Made by a program: the position numbers and the translations under genes | Notes under the pieces: model-generated | The model's database searches: none | The model's input: the letters and a program-made list of their open reading frames with translations, nothing else | Told to the model about the DNA's origin: nothing | In this document: positions 9,283 through 18,187 of the stretch, one piece after another | Layout of the letters: each line of letters starts with the position of its first letter | Position numbering within the stretch: the stretch's first letter is position 1 | NCBI GenBank assembly: GCA_016938695.1 | Contig: JAFGUC010000006.1 | Coordinates: 293,633-325,632 of the forward strand | Direction of reading: 5' to 3' | Source: Candidatus Woesearchaeota archaeon | GTDB taxonomy: Archaea > Nanobdellota > Nanobdellia > Woesearchaeales > JAFGUC01 | Length of the DNA stretch: 32,000 bases

Positions 9283-9759
9283 TTATTGTTGATTTTCTTT
9301 AATTAAAATATTTTTTTCTTTTTCTTCGTGTTTTTTTTGATATTCTTTAGCAATTGCTTTGACAATGAAAAAACTTATTGTTGCAATTGTCGTACCTGTG
9401 ACTAAGCTACCAACCAATATTCTTTTTGAAACTTCAAATAATTTTTCGAACAATGTTATTGTGTTTAATGGATTGTTTGAGAGTATGTAATCACCAATTT
9501 TGTAATTTATTGCACTTATTGGCATTAGAATAATTGGATTCCATATAACTAGTGCTGCAAGGATTGCAAGTTTACTTATTTTAGGGTATATAAAAATTAT
9601 TAACAGAGAAATTAAGACACTTAATCCTGGTGTTGGGAGAATTGATACGAAAGTTCCGATGCTAAAGCCTAGAGCGATTGAATTTGGATTGGTTTTAATT
9701 GTTGCCAAATTTTCAAAGTATTCTTTTGCTTTTTTGAAACCTTTCATTGTTTTATTCAT
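9283..9759 (-). CDS. DUF2062-like small membrane protein
   Basis: The NPNSIALGFSIGTFVSILPTPGL segment is followed by 3-4 TM helices. It lies 2 nt upstream of mtnN on the same strand. Confidence 0.65.
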   Translation of the reverse strand: MNKTMKGFKKAKEYFENLATIKTNPNSIALGFSIGTFVSILPTPGLSVLISLLIIFIYPKISKLAILAALVIWNPIILMPISAINYKIGDYILSNNPLNTITLFEKLFEVSKRILVGSLVTGTTIATISFFIVKAIAKEYQKKHEEKEKNILIKENQQ

Positions 9760-9853
9760 TAGTGGTTATTATTTAAAATTATTTATTTAGGTATTACTTA
9801 TCAAAAACTATTTATATGTAATTATATTAATTTATTTAAAAAGAGGTGTAATC

Positions 9854-10915
9854 ATGAGACTATTATATTCATTAGTGGTTATTATTTGTTTATTTCTTGT
9901 TGGTTGTTCAAGTTCTATTGTTGTAGATTCTGTTAATCTTGATGTTGAGAATTCTTCTCGTGTAGTTTATTTGTATAATTGGGCTGAATATACGGATCCT
10001 AGTATCTTGGAAGATTTTGAGATTGAAACAGGAATTAAAGTTGTTTTGAGAGAATATGTAGAAACTGACCAAGCAATTTCAGAAATTGTTTCTAATCCTT
10101 CTGATTTTGATGTGATGATAGTTACAATTCCTGTTATGGAGGAATTGAAAAATACTAAATTATTAGATGTTTTGACTCCTGAAAAAATACCAAATATGAT
10201 TAATGTAAAGGATCGTTTTAAATCTAGAGAGTATGATGTAAATAATTCTTACAGTATTCCATATTTGTGGGGGACTGCTGGTTATGTAATTAATACTGAT
10301 TACGTTAATGAAAATGTAAGTAGTTGGAATGTCTATTGGGATGTGAAAAACAAAGATAGAATTATGTTAATGGATCATGTTCGTTCTGGTCTTGTTCCAA
10401 TACAAAAATATATTGGTGTTGATGTTAATACTAAGTTGATGAGTGACCTTGTTGCTATGGAGGATGCTGCATTGTTGTTGAAACAAAATGGTGTGCAATT
10501 TAGTGATACGATAACTAATTTGGAAAAGGTTATTTCTGGAGATGCTTGGATTGGTCAGGTTTATAATGGTGATGTTTTGTATTTAGCAGCAGACTTATCG
10601 AATATAAAATATATTTTACCAAAAGAAGGTTTTGAATTATCTGTTGATTTATTGTTGGTTTCTTCAGATTCTAAACATAAATTAGAGGCTTATGAGTTGA
10701 TTAATTATTTGTCTAGAGTTGATATTAGTGCACGAAATGTTGAATACTTTTATTATCCAAGTCCAATTGTTGGAACAGATGATTTGATTTCTTTGGATAT
10801 TTTAAATAATTCTTTGGTTTATCCTAATGAAGATGTTTTTGAATTAGGTCAGGTTACAATTGATGTTGGAGATTCTATTGGAGAGTATAATAGAATTTTT
10901 GAGTTAATGAAATAA
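9854..10915 (+). CDS. PotD/PotF-like polyamine-type periplasmic substrate-binding lipoprotein
   Basis: It has a signal peptide with lipobox LFLVGCSS, and the family patterns YLYNWAEYTDPSILEDFEIETGIKV and IPYLWGTAGY. A Shine-Dalgarno sequence AGAGGTG lies 5 nt upstream of the ATG. Confidence 0.85.
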   Translation: MRLLYSLVVIICLFLVGCSSSIVVDSVNLDVENSSRVVYLYNWAEYTDPSILEDFEIETGIKVVLREYVETDQAISEIVSNPSDFDVMIVTIPVMEELKNTKLLDVLTPEKIPNMINVKDRFKSREYDVNNSYSIPYLWGTAGYVINTDYVNENVSSWNVYWDVKNKDRIMLMDHVRSGLVPIQKYIGVDVNTKLMSDLVAMEDAALLLKQNGVQFSDTITNLEKVISGDAWIGQVYNGDVLYLAADLSNIKYILPKEGFELSVDLLLVSSDSKHKLEAYELINYLSRVDISARNVEYFYYPSPIVGTDDLISLDILNNSLVYPNEDVFELGQVTIDVGDSIGEYNRIFELMK

Positions 10916-12141
10916 TGATTTTTTTCAAAAAACTTCGGAACAGAATTTTGTTTTATTTTATATTTATTGTACTTTTTTCTGTTTTGAGTATAGGTAGCGT
11001 TGCAATAGTGCAGTTTAGATTTATTGCTTTAAATCAAGAAATGGATGGTTTTCGAAGTCTTGGTCGTGAGGTACATTTTAATGTTGAGAATGTAGTTAAT
11101 ACTGCATTTAATATTATTAATTTGATATCTCATGACGATGATTTTAATATTAAGAACAATGATACTTTTCATGATTCTTTTTTGAAAAAATATTCTGATA
11201 TCTATAATGTTTTTGAGGATATACTATTCTTTGATTCTGAGGGACGTGTTATTTCTGCAGTTAATTATCAGTATTCTGGGAACTGGAAATATATGGATGT
11301 TTTTCAAAATGCAATGAATGGTCATGTTTCTATGTCGAATGTTCATTTTTTGACTAATCCTTTACGTCCTATTGTTTCTTTTGTAGGTCCAGTTTATGAG
11401 AATGATTCTTTTGCAGGCGCAATAGGGATTCAATTGAATACTGCTGAAATTTCTGCAATTAGTAATCATGTTAAATTTGGTAATACTGGATTCTCTTTTG
11501 TTGTTGATGAAAACTACAAGATTGTTGCACATCCTAATTCTAGTATGATTCTAACAAAATTAGATGACACTATGATTTCTGATATTGTTTCGGGTAAAAG
11601 TTATATAACTTTTTATTTGAATGGCGTTGAATATTTTGGTACATACTATAATCAAAATTATGATATTCATTATCATCAAAATTCTTATTTAAATTGGACA
11701 GTTGTTGTTGCTCAGGAAAAAAATGAAGTCTTTTCAAGCATGATTCAAGTTAGTTTCAGAATTTTGTTGATTGTAATTTTACTATTAGTTATTGTCTTCG
11801 TTTTTGTTTATTTGCTTGCACGTAGGATTGTTAAACCAATTACTGACATTAATACTTATACTGCAAGTGTTGCAACTGGAAATTTTAGTAAAAAGCTCGT
11901 TGTTAAAACTGGTGACGAGTTAGAAGATTTGGCTGTATCTTTTAATAATATGATTGATGAAATAAAACAAACTCGACAAAAATTAGAGGATTATAACAAA
12001 CATCTTGAAGACAAAGTGGAAAAACGAACACGAGAACTTATGAGGCGAAATACTGAACTTGAGAAGTTTGGTAAACTTACAATCGATAGAGAACTCCGTA
12101 TGATTGAGTTGAAAAAAGAGCTTAAGAAACGTAAATCATAA
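10915..12141 (+). CDS. Membrane sensor: extracellular Cache domain, TM helix, HAMP, short coiled coil, no output domain
   Basis: An N-terminal TM helix is followed by a Cache-like core (FDSEGRVISA, GFSFVVDENYKIVAHPN) and a second TM helix. The HAMP domain reads RRIVKPITDI...GDELEDLAVSFNNMIDEI. The S-helix-like ERTRELMRRNTELE follows and the ORF then ends. The ATG overlaps the binding-protein stop (TAATG). Confidence 0.85.
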   Translation: MIFFKKLRNRILFYFIFIVLFSVLSIGSVAIVQFRFIALNQEMDGFRSLGREVHFNVENVVNTAFNIINLISHDDDFNIKNNDTFHDSFLKKYSDIYNVFEDILFFDSEGRVISAVNYQYSGNWKYMDVFQNAMNGHVSMSNVHFLTNPLRPIVSFVGPVYENDSFAGAIGIQLNTAEISAISNHVKFGNTGFSFVVDENYKIVAHPNSSMILTKLDDTMISDIVSGKSYITFYLNGVEYFGTYYNQNYDIHYHQNSYLNWTVVVAQEKNEVFSSMIQVSFRILLIVILLLVIVFVFVYLLARRIVKPITDINTYTASVATGNFSKKLVVKTGDELEDLAVSFNNMIDEIKQTRQKLEDYNKHLEDKVEKRTRELMRRNTELEKFGKLTIDRELRMIELKKELKKRKS

Positions 12142-12345
12142 TTTTTTGTTTTTTTGTTTAAAAAAATCACATTCTGTGCAGTTGTTGAATTTTTCTGTTT
12201 GTATTCCTTCGCACTTTTCTTTGTTGACATCAAACAAGAACCAGCACTCGTTGCAAGAATTAGTTTTAAAAACGGTGCATTTTTCTTGGTTTTCTTTTTT
12301 GCAATTCCAAAATTGGTAGCAAAATTCTGTTTTTTCTTCACCCAT
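12136..12345 (-). CDS. Cys/Trp-rich miniprotein (8 Cys; two-CW-like metal-binding module)
   Basis: The 69-aa product contains FCYQFWNC...C...CNECWF...C...CTEC. A TATA-like AAATATATATA lies about 30 nt upstream on the minus strand. The competing frames 11991-12341(-) and 12154-12348(+) are low complexity. Confidence 0.55.
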   Translation of the reverse strand: MGEEKTEFCYQFWNCKKENQEKCTVFKTNSCNECWFLFDVNKEKCEGIQTEKFNNCTECDFFKQKNKKL

Positions 12346-12442
12346 TAGTCATCAAGTAGTTACAATTCTATATATATTTTTCTATTTGATAATGTTTATA
12401 TACTTTTGAGTTAATTACATCGTCTTAAAAAAAGGTGTTTTT

Positions 12443-12718
12443 ATGCAACAAGGTATGGGTGAAACACGAATGGAGAGAACCAGATTTGCTGGTGAGACTC
12501 GACGTTCAGATTCAGGTTCACAACGAAGACGTAGTGTTCCTGTTGTAAAAGTTGGTGAAGAGTATGATGTTGTGATTGAGTCTGTTGGTCATAAAGGCGA
12601 TGGCCTGGCTAAAATTGATAATTTTGCCATTTTTGTTAAAGAGACTCATAAAGGTGATGAGTTAAAAATAAGAATAACTAAGGTTCTTGAAAAAGTTGCC
12701 TTTGCAGAAAAAGTATAA
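12443..12718 (+). CDS. TRAM-domain protein with Arg-rich N-terminal tail
   Basis: The C-terminal 60 aa, VKVGEEYDVVIESVGHKGDGLAKIDNFAIFVKETHKGDELKIRITKV, matches the stand-alone archaeal TRAM pattern. A Shine-Dalgarno-like AAAGGTG lies upstream. Confidence 0.85.
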   Translation: MQQGMGETRMERTRFAGETRRSDSGSQRRRSVPVVKVGEEYDVVIESVGHKGDGLAKIDNFAIFVKETHKGDELKIRITKVLEKVAFAEKV

Positions 12719-12760
12719 TTTTTGCAAAGTTTTATATTTTCTTTAATTTGCTGTTATTTT

Positions 12761-13888
12761 ATGAAGACAGCAATTTACGCTTTTTCTGGAGATCCAATAA
12801 CTTTTGGTCATATTGATATTATTAGACGTGCGTCTGGAGTTTTTGATAGATTGATTGTGGCTATTGGAGAAAATCCATCCAAAAATTATTTGTTTAGTCT
12901 AGATGAACGTTTGGATATGGCAAAAAAATCGTTGCTTGAATTTTCTAATGTTGCTGTTTGTTCTTTTTCTGGTTTGCTAGTTGATTTTGCATATGAGAAC
13001 AACGTTGATATAATTGTTAAAGGTGTTAGAAATTCAGTTGATTTTAATTATGAAAATGTTTTGCATCAGGTTGGTGAAAGCCAGAAATTAGGTATTGATA
13101 CTTACATATTATTTGCAAGACCCGAGTTGTCTCATATTAGTTCTAGTATTGTTAAGAGTATTCAAAAGGAACAAGGTTTGATACACGATTATGTTCCATT
13201 GTATGTTAAACAGAAATTAGAAGAAAAATTGTCTAACCAGCTTATTATTGGTGTGACGGGTGAGATTGGTTCTGGTAAATCCTATTTTTGCGATAAAATT
13301 TTGGAGTTAGGAATTAAGAATGATGTTTTAGTTCATAATGTTGATTTGGATAAAATAACACATGAAATTTTGAGTAGTTTACAAGAACCACGTTATAGGA
13401 AACTACGTAATGATTTAGTTTTAGTTTTTGGTAAAAATATTGAAAATTCAGATGGTTCGATTAATAGAAAAAATTTGGGTGAAATTGTTTTTAATGATTC
13501 TTTTGCGATGACTAAATTAAATGAAATGATGTATGTTCCTTTGTTGATTAGGTTGAAACGTGCGCTAAAAGGTAAAACTGGTATTATTTTATTAAATGCT
13601 GCTTTGTTAGTTGAATCAAAGTTATTACATTTGTGTAATAATAATATTATTCTTCTGAAAGTTGCGGAGAATATCCAAAAGGAAAGACTTTACAAAAGAA
13701 AATTATCTGATGAACAAATTGAACGTCGATTAAATTCTCAGTTTTGTTTTGATGAAAAGAAACAGATTATTGATACTTTAATTAGTTCTGAAAAACAAGG
13801 AAAATTAATTGTTTTTGATAATGATGTTGCATCTATTGATTATTTTAATATGTTTTTTGAGGATTATTTTCTTAGGAAAACTTTTTAA
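12761..13888 (+). CDS. coaDE: Fusion of bacterial-type phosphopantetheine adenylyltransferase (CoaD) and dephospho-CoA kinase (CoaE)
   Basis: The N-terminal half has AIYAFSGDPITFGHIDIIRRAS and ISSSIVK (compare E. coli CoaD YPGTFDPITNGHIDIV and ISSSLVKEV). The C-terminal half has the P-loop IIGVTGEIGSGKSY and a CoaE-like layout. The ORF is open from TTG 12722; ATG 12761 fits the CoaD N-terminus. Confidence 0.85.
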   Translation: MKTAIYAFSGDPITFGHIDIIRRASGVFDRLIVAIGENPSKNYLFSLDERLDMAKKSLLEFSNVAVCSFSGLLVDFAYENNVDIIVKGVRNSVDFNYENVLHQVGESQKLGIDTYILFARPELSHISSSIVKSIQKEQGLIHDYVPLYVKQKLEEKLSNQLIIGVTGEIGSGKSYFCDKILELGIKNDVLVHNVDLDKITHEILSSLQEPRYRKLRNDLVLVFGKNIENSDGSINRKNLGEIVFNDSFAMTKLNEMMYVPLLIRLKRALKGKTGIILLNAALLVESKLLHLCNNNIILLKVAENIQKERLYKRKLSDEQIERRLNSQFCFDEKKQIIDTLISSEKQGKLIVFDNDVASIDYFNMFFEDYFLRKTF

Positions 13889-13917
13889 ACTGTGGATTTA
13901 GCTTTTGTTTTTTGTGA

Positions 13918-15096
13918 ATGATATTGAATTTAAAAAAACATCATAAAGAATCTTTTAAGGATTGTTTAATTGTGTGTAATCCTAATCGGAAACCTAATGA
14001 GGTTACTAGACTTTCTAATATTTTAAAATATGTTGATTTAGAACCTAATTCTATTATCAAGACAAATCCTGTAATTACGAAATCCGGTTCACATTTAGAA
14101 GAAATGGTTTTTGAATTCTACAAGAGTCATTATAAACATTTAATTGTTTTTGGTGGTGATGGAACTGTTCATATTACTGTTAATTCTGCAATGAAAGCAA
14201 AGCAAGAGCTTTCATTACAGGGATACGTCGGACTTGATGAAAAATCTATTGGATTTTTTCGTGGTGGTAGTGGTAATGGTATTCAGGATTCTTATGAAGT
14301 GCCTTTTGGATTATATTCTCAAGTTGTTGCTTTTGCAGAGAGTCTACATAATGATTATACCATTGATGTTGATTTATTAGCAGTTGATTTTTTGAAAAAT
14401 GATAATTTGTTTACTATATATTCTCAATTAATTGGTTTTGGACTTGATAGCTTAGTTTTACAAAAGCGTGATCAAAATGTTTACAAGCGCGGTCCTCGGG
14501 CTGGAAGTCCAAAAAGTGGATTGATGAATTATGTAAAGGCTAGTATTGAGACTTTATTGTTTGATTTTAATTCTGCTTTTGTTGAGTTTGATATTATCAT
14601 GAATGAAGGAAAATATGCGCCTCGTGGAACTAGAAGCAATGTTGAGATTCCTTTTGGTCCAGGTAATCGTTTACCAGTTATGGAGCGTCATGTCAATGCT
14701 TTGATGGTTGAAATAGGTTCACGTCCTTATTATGGTAAAATGTTTAAGGTTTGTCCTGATGTTGTTTGTAATGATGGAAATATGGGTTTATATGTTTTTG
14801 ATTTTAATAGTAAGTTTAAACTTATGAGAAATTTTCTTGATCTATATTTGGGTGAACACGGCAAGATTAATCGACGAGAAACAAAGCATAGTAATAAACC
14901 TCCAATTGAACGGTATGAAGTTCGTGATGCACAAGTTATTTCACAGAAACCTTTTAACTTTCATATAGATGGTGATTTATATTCTTCACCAGATAAAACG
15001 GATGAAGGTCATTCTCTTTATTTTAGTGTTGCGCCAGAGGCTTTGAGATTTTTGGTTCCGCCTTCATTTTATTTGCTTTCAAAGCCGTTTAATTAG
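13918..15096 (+). CDS. Diacylglycerol/lipid kinase catalytic-domain protein (DagK/YegS/BmrU family)
   Basis: It has the motifs LIVFGGDGTVH and FRGGSGNGIQDS. Length is 392 aa. Confidence 0.7.
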   Translation: MILNLKKHHKESFKDCLIVCNPNRKPNEVTRLSNILKYVDLEPNSIIKTNPVITKSGSHLEEMVFEFYKSHYKHLIVFGGDGTVHITVNSAMKAKQELSLQGYVGLDEKSIGFFRGGSGNGIQDSYEVPFGLYSQVVAFAESLHNDYTIDVDLLAVDFLKNDNLFTIYSQLIGFGLDSLVLQKRDQNVYKRGPRAGSPKSGLMNYVKASIETLLFDFNSAFVEFDIIMNEGKYAPRGTRSNVEIPFGPGNRLPVMERHVNALMVEIGSRPYYGKMFKVCPDVVCNDGNMGLYVFDFNSKFKLMRNFLDLYLGEHGKINRRETKHSNKPPIERYEVRDAQVISQKPFNFHIDGDLYSSPDKTDEGHSLYFSVAPEALRFLVPPSFYLLSKPFN

Positions 15097-15109
15097 AAAC
15101 ATTTTAGTG

Positions 15110-16060
15110 TTACAGATCACTAATATATTTTGATTTTATTGTTCTGATGTGATGGTATGCAGTATATTCATAGAATTTTAATTCGTCTCTGATTTTTTTA
15201 ACAACGTCGTCACAATTATCGATACTCTCAACAGTTATCATTACGTCAAAAAATCCAATAACTTTTCTTATTTGGGTAATTCCTGAAACTGTTGAAGCGT
15301 AACTTGCAAGGTGTTTAACTATGTCATGTTTATTTTCGTGGAATTTGATTAGAAGCTGTTGGCGTTTTATTTTCAATGTCTCATTGTTTAGGTTTGCAGA
15401 ATATCCTACAATTATATTTTCTTTTTCTAATTGTTTTTTTGTTTTAAGTGCTGTTCTTGGATCAAGATTTGTCAATTCTCCTAATTGATTAATACTAATT
15501 ATTGGATTTTTGATTAGTTCTTGAAGTACCTTTTTTTCGTTCTCATCTAATGTCGAAATGCTTCTATCTCCTGAAATAATATAATGTTGATTTATTTTGC
15601 CTTTTTTGTTGAGGTATTTTTTGTTGTAAATGTGTCTTACAATTACTGGTAAAACATCAATTACTTTGATATCTGAGTTAAATTTTTCAAGTTGTTCCAT
15701 GTGGATTTTATTGAAGAAAGATAAGTTTGGAACAATATATTCAATTATTAAATCCGCGCCGTTTGTTACTTGTGTGATTGATGCAATGTTGTTGCATTCT
15801 TTTAATTCTGCAAGAATTTCCGTCTGCTTTTTCTTTTCAAATGTTGTGAACACTAGAAATGTCATTATGGTTATTTGTCCAAATCTTGCAGGGTCAACTA
15901 CCGTTTCAAAGGTTATTGTCTTGTCTGTAACTAGCTTGTTTATTATGTAATTTATTTGTTGTGGGCTTGCTTTTAGGATTTGGCTTAATTTTTTCTTTTG
16001 GATTCTAGAATTGTTTGTGATTTCGTACAAAAGCTTATTAATTTGAATTTTAGATGTCAT
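15110..16060 (-). CDS. Tandem Lrp/AsnC-like transcriptional regulator (two HTH plus ligand-domain repeats)
   Basis: There are two repeats of a winged-HTH followed by an AsnC-like beta-alpha segment: LSQILKASPQQINYIINKL...VVDPARFGQ and ISINQLGELTNLDPRTALKTKKQLEKENII...ANLN. It is divergent from the 16158 operon. Confidence 0.55.
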   Translation of the reverse strand: MTSKIQINKLLYEITNNSRIQKKKLSQILKASPQQINYIINKLVTDKTITFETVVDPARFGQITIMTFLVFTTFEKKKQTEILAELKECNNIASITQVTNGADLIIEYIVPNLSFFNKIHMEQLEKFNSDIKVIDVLPVIVRHIYNKKYLNKKGKINQHYIISGDRSISTLDENEKKVLQELIKNPIISINQLGELTNLDPRTALKTKKQLEKENIIVGYSANLNNETLKIKRQQLLIKFHENKHDIVKHLASYASTVSGITQIRKVIGFFDVMITVESIDNCDDVVKKIRDELKFYEYTAYHHIRTIKSKYISDL

Positions 16061-16083
16061 TTTTTTTATTTTAATGCAATTTA

Positions 16084-16093
16084 ATATATATAT
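16084..16093 (-). promoter_or_regulatory. TATA-like box for the Lrp-like regulator
   Basis: An ATATATATAT run lies about 25-33 nt upstream of the minus-strand ATG at 16060. Confidence 0.35.
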
Positions 16094-16127
16094 TTTGCGT
16101 TATTGTTAGATTCTACTGTGTTATATG

Positions 16128-16135
16128 TTTATAAT
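16128..16135 (+). promoter_or_regulatory. TATA box for the GCS2 operon (leaderless spacing)
   Basis: TTTATAAT starts 30 nt upstream of ATG 16158, and there is no Shine-Dalgarno sequence. Confidence 0.5.
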
Positions 16136-16157
16136 ACTTACATAATATTATAGTCAT

Positions 16158-17354
16158 ATGGCTTTAAAGGTAGGATTGGAGATGGAGTTTCATTTAATTG
16201 ATTCTTCCGGAAACATTGTAAATGACGCTGATTTAGTAGTTTCTTCTCCAGATAATGATGGAAATATTATTCCTGAGCTGTCTAGAAGCATGGTTGAGGT
16301 TATAGCAAAACCAGGTGACAATCTTAAGGACACTTTTTCAAATTTTTATTCTGCTTTAAATAGGTTGGAAGGAATTGTTGGTAAAATGGGTTTACGTGTG
16401 TTACCATCTTCAACTATTGGTCGTAACGTTAATGTGGTTTCTAATGATTCTAGAAGGCAACGTGGACAATGGAAACGTGCTATTTTGGGTGATTTCAAAC
16501 GCGATTTGGAGCATCATATCTGTGGAACTCATGTTCATATTGATAAACCTTTAACTGATATTCAAATTTACAACCAGTATGTTACTTTTTTAGCAATGGA
16601 TCCTTTGTTTTCTTTGATGTCTTCAACTCCTTTTTTTAATGGCGAGAATACTAAAAAAGATTACAGGGTTGAATTGTATAGAAATGTTGTTTTCAGTGAT
16701 TTTCCATTACAAGGAAAGTTACCCGGTTATCCTTTAAATTTTTCAGATATCCTTGAGGTTCAGAAGAAGTCTTGTTCTGATTGGCATTTATTGGGTAAAT
16801 CTATTGGTGTTGATGATCCTGTTTCAAATGAGTATAATACTGTTTGGGGTCCACTTCGTTTAAGTCCTAAAACAATTGAATCTAGGTCTTCAGATGTTAC
16901 TTTGTTTTCGCGTGTCATGGCCTTAGCTAGTGTTTACAAATCAATTGCTGAGTTTTTGGTTGAAAAAAATCCCGAAATTGTTATTGATTTTTTAGGAGAA
17001 TATGGTGTTTCAGATTATTTTAATATGTCTCGAGGTAAATTAATTTTGCCTAGCAGGGATTTTTTATTGTACTGTCAAGAAGTTGGAATTCACGAGAGTT
17101 TGCAGAATGAAGTTCTGCGAAAATATTTATCTAACATAGTTGATTTGAGTAAACAGTATGTTGAGAATGTTTCTTACATTGAGCCTTTTTTTGATACTAC
17201 AAAAAATTTTTCAGATGAAATAATTTTATTTGCAAAAGTGATGGATCTTGAAAGTGGTACTAGTCTAATTGATGATAATGCTGCTTGTATGGTTAGAAAT
17301 TATATTGCGAATCGTTATAAGGATGATTTAAAATCAGTGGGGCGATTTTTTTGA
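16158..17354 (+). CDS. Carboxylate-amine ligase, glutamate-cysteine ligase family 2 (YbdK/GCS2-like)
   Basis: The N-terminus VGLEMEFHLIDSSG, then ELSRSMVEVIAKPG and GTHVHID, are typical GCS2 patterns. Length is 398 aa. Confidence 0.8.
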   Translation: MALKVGLEMEFHLIDSSGNIVNDADLVVSSPDNDGNIIPELSRSMVEVIAKPGDNLKDTFSNFYSALNRLEGIVGKMGLRVLPSSTIGRNVNVVSNDSRRQRGQWKRAILGDFKRDLEHHICGTHVHIDKPLTDIQIYNQYVTFLAMDPLFSLMSSTPFFNGENTKKDYRVELYRNVVFSDFPLQGKLPGYPLNFSDILEVQKKSCSDWHLLGKSIGVDDPVSNEYNTVWGPLRLSPKTIESRSSDVTLFSRVMALASVYKSIAEFLVEKNPEIVIDFLGEYGVSDYFNMSRGKLILPSRDFLLYCQEVGIHESLQNEVLRKYLSNIVDLSKQYVENVSYIEPFFDTTKNFSDEIILFAKVMDLESGTSLIDDNAACMVRNYIANRYKDDLKSVGRFF

Positions 17355-18187
17355 AAGAAGTAATGTTTTATTTTGATGATTATGCACTTAAAACTGCAGA
17401 CGATTCTTCAGCTTACGTTTATCGTGGTATGTTAAATGACTCTAGATTTAATGCAAAATGGTCTAGTGTCCCTGATGCAAGTTTAGCAAAGGACTCTGAT
17501 GTTGTGTTTTGTAGATTAGATATTCCTGTTCATAGAGATTTTTTAGAGGAGTTATCTAAGTATTCTGGTAAGGTTTTTATTAATGACCCTATTAGTAAAA
17601 TTAAGTATCATACTAAAGATTATTTATTGGAATTTTTAGATTCTGGAATTTTACCTGGTACAGTTGTTAGTTCTGATATGAATGAGTTATTGTCATTTGT
17701 TTATTCTAAAGATGCGAGCTATATTGTAAAACCTCTTGACATGAATGGTGGTCGTGGAGTTACGAAAATTCATAGCTTGGATTCTAGTCTTGTTGATGTT
17801 TTGCAGTCAATGACTAATTCAGGTACTAAGCCAGTTATTTTACAAGATTATATTACTGGTGTTGAACAGCTGGGTGATAAAAGAATTAATATTTTGTTTT
17901 ATGAGCCAGTTAGTGCAATTATGAGATATCCAAAAGATGGTAGTTTTATTTGTAATCAAAGTTCTGGTGGATCGTTGCATAAAACTGAAATAACTTCGTC
18001 TGATATGGCAATTATTGAGAAAGTTATGCCATTTTTGAAAAGAAATGGGATTTTGTGGGCAGGAATTGATGTTATTGGTCCTTATCTAGGTGAGATTAAT
18101 GTTTCGTCTCCTGGATTGCTACTTGATGCTGATTTGTTAAATGGAAATACTTATAGTTTAGATTTTCTTTTAGATAAGTTAAAATGA
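17351..18187 (+). CDS. ATP-grasp ligase, glutathione synthetase (GshB)-like
   Basis: Three stretches align by eye with E. coli GshB. YIVKPLDMNGGRGV matches ILKPLDGMGG. GDKRINILFYEPV matches GDKRVLVVDGEPV. GIDVIGPYLGEINVSSP matches GLDIIGDRLTEINVTSP. The TTG start overlaps the upstream TGA (TTGA); ATG 17363 is an alternative. Confidence 0.8.
   Translation: MKEVMFYFDDYALKTADDSSAYVYRGMLNDSRFNAKWSSVPDASLAKDSDVVFCRLDIPVHRDFLEELSKYSGKVFINDPISKIKYHTKDYLLEFLDSGILPGTVVSSDMNELLSFVYSKDASYIVKPLDMNGGRGVTKIHSLDSSLVDVLQSMTNSGTKPVILQDYITGVEQLGDKRINILFYEPVSAIMRYPKDGSFICNQSSGGSLHKTEITSSDMAIIEKVMPFLKRNGILWAGIDVIGPYLGEINVSSPGLLLDADLLNGNTYSLDFLLDKLK

Noticed and set aside
16158-17354. The GCS2-type ligase acting as a PafA/Dop-like protein tagger linked to the proteasome gene in this window.
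   Set aside because: The motifs fit YbdK/GCS2 rather than PafA. There is no small Pup-like ORF with a C-terminal Gly-Gly-Gln/Glu, and psmB is 14 kb away in an unrelated context.
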